A DNA stretch of 64,000 bases from Brevibacillus humidisoli (GTDB lineage Bacteria; Bacillota; Bacilli; Brevibacillales; Brevibacillaceae). The stretch covers positions 885,970-949,969 of the forward strand of contig NZ_CP087263.1 of NCBI RefSeq assembly GCF_020923435.1, in the 5' to 3' direction. This document shows positions 59,100-64,000 of this stretch, in pieces (the first letter of the stretch is position 1; the number at the start of each line of letters is the position of its first letter). The translations under genes and the position numbers were made by a program. The notes under the pieces are model-generated. The model made no database searches, was not told where the DNA came from, and saw only the letters and a list, made by a program, of their open reading frames with translations.

Positions 59100-59603
59100 G
59101 TGCTGAAAATACTGGACAAAGCGGAAAATGTATTTGTTGTGCTGACGATTTTTCTGGCGACGGTACTCGTCTTTGTCAACGTCGTTCTGCGGGCCTTTGG
59201 CGCCGGAACCACCTGGTCTGAAGAACTGATCCGTTATCTGATCATCTGGCTTACCTTTATCGGGGGAAGTATCTGTGTTCGAAAAGGGGAGCATGTCGGG
59301 ATCGAACTGCTGCCGGAGTTTCTGCCGGCCAGATTCAGATGGGTGTTGCGGGTACTGGTCAATCTGATCGTCATTTTGTTCCTCGTCTTGTTGATCAAAT
59401 ACAGTACGGAACTGACGATGTTTACTTATAAGAACGGGCAGACCGCCCCTGCTCTGGGAATACCGATGTATTGGGTCTATTTGTGTTTGCCGCTCGGATC
59501 GCTCCTGATGGTGATTAGATATCTGGCCGATATCGTTGATGCGTGGCGGAACAAACAGCCGGCAGAAGCTGAACCTGAACTGAACGGGAAAGTAGGTGAA
59601 TGA
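59100..59603 (+). CDS. dctQ: TRAP transporter small permease DctQ
   Basis: 167 aa, 4 TM. GTG start 6 nt after GAGGTGA. Typical DctQ N-terminus (ENVFVVLTIFLATVLVFVNVVLR). Confidence 0.8.
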   Translation: MLKILDKAENVFVVLTIFLATVLVFVNVVLRAFGAGTTWSEELIRYLIIWLTFIGGSICVRKGEHVGIELLPEFLPARFRWVLRVLVNLIVILFLVLLIKYSTELTMFTYKNGQTAPALGIPMYWVYLCLPLGSLLMVIRYLADIVDAWRNKQPAEAEPELNGKVGE

Positions 59604-60885
59604 TGTGACGTTCTTTCTTATCATTGCTTTATTTGTTCTCTTGTTGGTAAGCGTACCCATTTTTGCTGCCGTCTCTTTGGCTACCGCTGCAGCGATGCTT
59701 CTGTTCACCGATACCAATCCGTTGATCATGGTGCAGCGCCTGTTTGGCGGGATTGACCGATTTACCTTGATGTCGATGCCGTTTTTTATCTTGGCTGCAA
59801 ACGCAATGGACGTGGGAGGATTGTCTTCCCGGATCTTGAGATGGGCCAGGGCGCTCGTCGGACATATCAGCGGCGGGGTTGCGATGACCACCCACGTCGC
59901 CTCCATGTTCTTCGGTTCTTTATCCGGATCTTCACCAGCTACTGTCATTGCGATCGGCAAGATCATGTATCCGGAACTGCTGCGCCAAGGGTATGCCAAA
60001 CATTTCGCAAGTGGCCTGATCACCTCCACCGGCTCTATTTCATTGATTATTCCACCCAGTCTGACCCTGATCATTTATGCAACGGTTACCAACACCTCGG
60101 TCGGTGCCCTGTTCATGGCAGGACTGACGGCAGGGATTGTGTTTGGATGTATTGGACTCTTTTATATCTGGATTTATGCGAAAATGAACAACCTGCCCCG
60201 GCAGGAAAAGGCCACAAGGGCTGAACTGTGGACCAGCACGAAAACAGCCAGCTGGGCACTCATGGTTCCGTTGATTATCTTGGGCGGGATCTATCTCGGC
60301 GTGTTTACTGCTACGGAAGCTGCCGGAGTATCAGCGGTATATGCAATCGTTGTCGGGATGTTCGTCTACAAGGAGATTGACCTCAAGAAATTGTACCAGC
60401 TATGTCTCTCTTCTGCGATCACATCAGCCCAGGTGATGATTCTGGTAGCGGCTGCTTCCATGTTTGGCTGGCTGCTGACCGTAGGCCAGGTTCCGCAGTC
60501 CCTTGCTCATTTTCTGACTGAGAACTTTACGACGGAGTGGACGTTTTTGCTGTTCCTAAACATCCTGCTGCTGATCGTTGGCATGTTTATGGAAGGGACG
60601 TCTGCGATCGTCATCTTGGCTCCCCTGCTTTATCCTACGGCTGTACAGATGGGAATCGATCCGGTCCATCTGGGGGTCCTGATTATTACGAACATGGCGA
60701 TTGGCATGTATACACCGCCGTTTGGACTTAATATATTTGTGGCCAACAGCATCACCAAGATGAAGTTGGTTGAATCTGTGCCCGGACTCACCCGGTTCTT
60801 GGTTGTCTCGTTGGTTGCCTTGTTGATCATCACGTACATCCCGCAAATAAGCACCTTGTTACCTGACATCGTCTACGGATCGTGA
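59596..60885 (+). CDS. dctM: TRAP transporter large permease DctM
   Basis: 429 aa, about 12 TM, DctM family. Overlaps the end of dctQ by 8 nt. Confidence 0.85.
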   Translation: MNDVTFFLIIALFVLLLVSVPIFAAVSLATAAAMLLFTDTNPLIMVQRLFGGIDRFTLMSMPFFILAANAMDVGGLSSRILRWARALVGHISGGVAMTTHVASMFFGSLSGSSPATVIAIGKIMYPELLRQGYAKHFASGLITSTGSISLIIPPSLTLIIYATVTNTSVGALFMAGLTAGIVFGCIGLFYIWIYAKMNNLPRQEKATRAELWTSTKTASWALMVPLIILGGIYLGVFTATEAAGVSAVYAIVVGMFVYKEIDLKKLYQLCLSSAITSAQVMILVAAASMFGWLLTVGQVPQSLAHFLTENFTTEWTFLLFLNILLLIVGMFMEGTSAIVILAPLLYPTAVQMGIDPVHLGVLIITNMAIGMYTPPFGLNIFVANSITKMKLVESVPGLTRFLVVSLVALLIITYIPQISTLLPDIVYGS

Positions 60886-60983
60886 TCGGTCTCGTCATGC
60901 ACAAGATGCAAGTACGATTCTTACAGTAGGAAACGATGTGTACCTGAGGGGGGAGGCGTTTTGGGGTAAGTGTAAAGGAAGCG

Positions 60984-62606
60984 ATGATGATCGGCGGACT
61001 GGCGAGATGCAGAATCATAGCGGGAGAGAAGGGGGACAGCCGTCAGATTCAGTATGTGACGGTGATGGAAGTACCCGATACGATCCAATGGTTGAAGGGT
61101 GAAGATTTGCTCTTGACCAGCTTGTATCCGATCAAGGATGATCCCAGGGCACAGCAACAGCTGGTTCAGCAGTTGGACGAGAAGGGGAGTTCGGCCCTGG
61201 CGATCAAAACCCACCGCTTTGTTGATCGAATACCGGAGATGATTATAGCAGAAGGGAATCGACTAGGCTTCCCGATCATCGAAATCGAACGGGATATCTC
61301 TTATCTGGACATCATTACCCCGATTATGAACGTGATTCTGGAAAACACGTCGCCCAGACAGACAGATTACGACGAGCTGTTTCACTGGATCACGGAATTG
61401 GCATTAGGCGGAAAAGGGCTTGATGCGATTGTCCAGGCCCTCTCCAAAATGATGAAAAACCTGGTCACTCTGGAGTCAGCCGTTCCCTTTATCAAAGGGC
61501 TGTATCTCCCTCATGAGATTGCGCCGCTCACGGCCAGCCAGGTAAACGAACTGCGGAAATCAAAGCGACCGCTGCGAATGGTCCGCAAACTGAATGGTCA
61601 ACTTACCTCGTGCATCGTCAGCCCTCTCATGCTAAATGAAAAAATCAATGGATACATCACGTGCTGGGAGACGACGAACGTCTTTCGCAAGATTGATTTT
61701 GATGTGTTGGAGAGGGCAATCCCTTTGTTCGCCCTGGAATTTTTAAAGGCTAAGACGAGAGTGGATGTGGAGCAGGAGTACAAGAACGACTTTTTGTCTG
61801 AAGTACTTGCAGGAAATGTTCAGCGAGAGGCAGCGGTGATCGAAAAAGCCAAATGGTACAGCTGGGATTTGACGAAAGACTACCAGGTGATGGTGTTGGA
61901 TGTGGATCAATTTTCTACTGTTGTTGAGACCTACAACCACGATGAGGTGAGGATTCAGGAGTTCAAACGGAACGTCGCCGCAATAGTGGAGAACACCGTG
62001 AAACGGATGGACCCATCGTCGATTGTCGTGTTTTGGAGCGACAAAATCGTTGTGCTGTATCCGATGGGGGAAAGGAAAGAAGAGACGAGTCTGAAGGATG
62101 ATTTCCTGGCTGCTGCCCGCCGGTTGAAACAGCACCTGAAAAAGCAGTTTTCCGAGGTCACCTTTACCATCGGCATGGGTCGATTTTATGGAGGGCTGCG
62201 TGGAATCCATCTCGGCTATACCGAAGCCCTTCAGTCGATCCAAGCAGGACGGAAGACATGGGGAAGAGACAGCATCATTCATTTCGACGATCTCGGCATC
62301 TATCGGATTTTGCGGCAGTTGGAGCATCACGAGGAACTGGACTCCATCTATCAAGAGACGATTGGCAAACTGGAGAAATACGATCAGCAGCACCAGTCCA
62401 ATCTGATGGAAACGCTGGAACAGTACTTCGCTTGTGATTGCGGATTAACGGAGACCGCCGCAAACATGTACATTCACGTCAACACGCTGAAGTATCGGCT
62501 GCGAAAGATAGAGCAAATCACAGGTTATCAGCTGCAAGATACGGAAGGACGCTTCCATCTCTACCTCGGTTTTAAAATCAAGGCAATGCTGAACAACCGA
62601 CCATAG
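60984..62606 (+). CDS. PucR/CdaR family transcriptional regulator
   Basis: 540 aa. N-terminal PucR-type sensor region and C-terminal PucR HTH (LTETAANMYIHVNTLKYRLRKIEQITG). Confidence 0.75.
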   Translation: MMIGGLARCRIIAGEKGDSRQIQYVTVMEVPDTIQWLKGEDLLLTSLYPIKDDPRAQQQLVQQLDEKGSSALAIKTHRFVDRIPEMIIAEGNRLGFPIIEIERDISYLDIITPIMNVILENTSPRQTDYDELFHWITELALGGKGLDAIVQALSKMMKNLVTLESAVPFIKGLYLPHEIAPLTASQVNELRKSKRPLRMVRKLNGQLTSCIVSPLMLNEKINGYITCWETTNVFRKIDFDVLERAIPLFALEFLKAKTRVDVEQEYKNDFLSEVLAGNVQREAAVIEKAKWYSWDLTKDYQVMVLDVDQFSTVVETYNHDEVRIQEFKRNVAAIVENTVKRMDPSSIVVFWSDKIVVLYPMGERKEETSLKDDFLAAARRLKQHLKKQFSEVTFTIGMGRFYGGLRGIHLGYTEALQSIQAGRKTWGRDSIIHFDDLGIYRILRQLEHHEELDSIYQETIGKLEKYDQQHQSNLMETLEQYFACDCGLTETAANMYIHVNTLKYRLRKIEQITGYQLQDTEGRFHLYLGFKIKAMLNNRP

Positions 62607-62644
62607 ACGACAGGCGGATCGATTCGCTAAGATGCCATCTGATA

Positions 62645-62691
62645 GACGACTACTTGCCCCGTGCTGCGGGAGGGCAGAGGTCGTCTTTTTT
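62645..62691 (+). terminator. rho-independent terminator after the PucR-family gene
   Basis: GACGAC-(29 nt)-GTCGTC followed by TTTTTT. Confidence 0.55.
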
Positions 62692-62990
62692 ACGCTTTCT
62701 GCTATGGTCGAGCGATAGTGACAAGCAGGGTGCGGCGTATTGCTCGGAAAACAGCAGCATCGGACTGTTTTCGTACACAAGCAAACGTTGCGCCCCCACT
62801 ATGTTCGTCAAAAGCAAAGGACCGCAAGGCAGTCTCCCCCCTGAGGTTATTCTCGTGCTTATCTGATCAGACAAAAGGATGAGGTGCTATTTGTCCGTGC
62901 CGACGAAGAAGTCAGTCGGACCAACCGGTATAATTTTTTATATCAGGCAAGCGCACGGATGACGAGCAAGAGAGCGCATAGGAGGCAGTT

Positions 62991-63776
62991 ATGAAAGCTG
63001 TAAAGCTTCGCGTTTTATCCAATACACAGGTAAGTGAGCGCTACTGGCACATGGTCGTAGATGCTTCCAACCTGCGGGAGACAGTGAAACCAGGGCAATT
63101 TTTCCATATCAGATGCACCGATGAGTACTATCCGTTTTTGCGTCGCCCATTCAGTATTTATCGCATCAACAAACAGTCGCAAACGCTTGAGTTTTTGTAC
63201 CTCGTAAAGGGGCTTGGAACCAGGCGCTTGACGCAGGTTGCGCCAGGGGAGCAGGTTGATGTGTTCGGCCCTTTGGGAAAGGGATTTACGGTACACGAAA
63301 GCTGGAATCCCATCCTGCTGCTCGCGAGAGGAGTAGGCATCGCCACACTGGCTGCTTTAGCCCAGGAGGCAGCCGAAAAGGGAATACGCTGTGTCGCGAT
63401 CCTGAGCGCCAGATCGCAAAACGATTTGTTGGCTACCGAAACCTTGCAAGGCTTCGGTGCCGACGTATACAAGGTGACGGATGAGGAAGGGACCAGTGAT
63501 GTCGACCACGTCAGGTCGCTGATCGAGCAGATCATGCTGGAAAACGAGATCAAGGCCGCCTATGTGTGCGGTTCCAAGCGGCTCTCGCTGCTGCTGCAGG
63601 AAATCGCCAGGGAGAGACAGATACCTGCGGAGATTGCCTTAGAGGAGCATATGGGGTGTGCGATGGGTGTTTGCTTTGCGTGTGTATGCGATCTACAGGA
63701 GGAAGACGGCGTGAAAACCGTACGGGTCTGCAGAGAAGGCCCGGTATTCCCGTTGGAGAAGGTGGTGATTTCATGA
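62991..63776 (+). CDS. PyrK-like electron-transfer subunit (FAD/NAD-binding + C-terminal 2Fe-2S), partner of a DHOD-family dehydrogenase
   Basis: RPFSI FAD motif. GVGIATL NAD motif. C-terminal Cys cluster CAMGVCFACVC...C. RBS AGGAGG. Confidence 0.8.
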   Translation: MKAVKLRVLSNTQVSERYWHMVVDASNLRETVKPGQFFHIRCTDEYYPFLRRPFSIYRINKQSQTLEFLYLVKGLGTRRLTQVAPGEQVDVFGPLGKGFTVHESWNPILLLARGVGIATLAALAQEAAEKGIRCVAILSARSQNDLLATETLQGFGADVYKVTDEEGTSDVDHVRSLIEQIMLENEIKAAYVCGSKRLSLLLQEIARERQIPAEIALEEHMGCAMGVCFACVCDLQEEDGVKTVRVCREGPVFPLEKVVIS

Positions 63777-64000
63777 TCGCACAGAAGAACATGGAGGTTA
63801 TGATCGGTTCACTTCGGTTAAAAAATCCGATCATGCCTGCTTCAGGGGCCTTTGGTGAGGATATGGAGGAGATCATCGACTTTAATCGATTGGGGGCGGT
63901 CGTTCCCAAGAGCATTACCAAGTATCCGCGCAGAGGGAACGCAACTCCGCGCGTCTGCGAAACAGCCGCCGGCATGATTAATTCGATCGGCATCCAGAGC
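63773..64000 (+). CDS. dihydroorotate dehydrogenase family (PyrD/PreA-like) catalytic subunit, 3' end outside window
   Basis: Start overlaps the upstream stop (ATGA). N-terminus LKNPIMPASGAFGEDMEE...SITKYPRRGNATPRVCETAAGMINSIG is typical of class 1B DHOD-like enzymes. Confidence 0.7.
   Translation, partial: MIAQKNMEVMIGSLRLKNPIMPASGAFGEDMEEIIDFNRLGAVVPKSITKYPRRGNATPRVCETAAGMINSIGIQS

Noticed and set aside
1-64000. CRISPR arrays, IS elements, integrases, recombinases
   Set aside because: No direct-repeat/spacer periodicity and no transposase-like or integrase-like ORF in any frame. The only mobility hints are the low-GC island and the tRNA-tail fragment.

Overview
A 64 kb chromosomal segment of a Firmicutes (Bacillales / Paenibacillaceae-like) genome, about 53% GC. 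The lineage call rests on the hemE-hemH-hemY order, a ywiC-like gene, a Bacillus-type Fnr with a C-terminal Cys cluster, GGAGG-type RBSs and a LoaP-like NusG paralog. In order, the window holds:
- The 3' end of an amidohydrolase-like gene and glycolate oxidase glcD/glcF.
- A CPBP membrane protease with a downstream small membrane peptide, and a divergent HxlR / DJ-1 pair.
- A GntR regulator, an HPP protein, then a cst-like persulfide/sulfide-stress operon: a CstR-type two-Cys CsoR repressor with paired palindromic operators, DsrE-like, TauE/SafE, a decayed TusA remnant, a rhodanese-persulfide dioxygenase fusion and an intact TusA.
- hemEHY.
- A cluster of anaerobic / NO-stress genes, most of them behind a TGTGA-N6-TCAC(A/T) Fnr/Crp box: a quinol NO reductase, ScdA/RIC, a radical SAM/SPASM protein, a hemerythrin, a NarK-PAS fusion, a ba3-type heme-copper oxidase operon, and four Crp/Fnr paralogs (one decayed).
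- A small island with odd small ORFs and a tRNA 3'-end fragment.
- A GntR/HutC - PTS (ascorbate-family EIIA/B/C) - phosphotriesterase-like - KDPG-type aldolase - creatininase-family locus.
- A low-GC island carrying an HsdR-N-like nuclease and a LoaP-like antiterminator, next to a trans-AT polyketide synthase locus (TEII, Sfp PPTase, AT-AT-ER, KS-DH-KR, MT-ACP-KS0-ACP-ECH). The PKS looks partly decayed: an in-frame TAA in a module remnant, an N-truncated AT, several 1-nt frameshifts, and no HMG-CoA synthase or releasing TE.
- A TRAP transporter dctPQM, a PucR regulator, and a PyrK/PyrD-like pair that runs off the window end.

Two cross-cutting observations. First, at least ten otherwise intact genes are broken by single-base indels at short G/C/T runs, which looks more like assembly/homopolymer error than pseudogenization. 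Second, narK and the PKS module remnant instead carry in-frame nonsense codons, which indels cannot explain.
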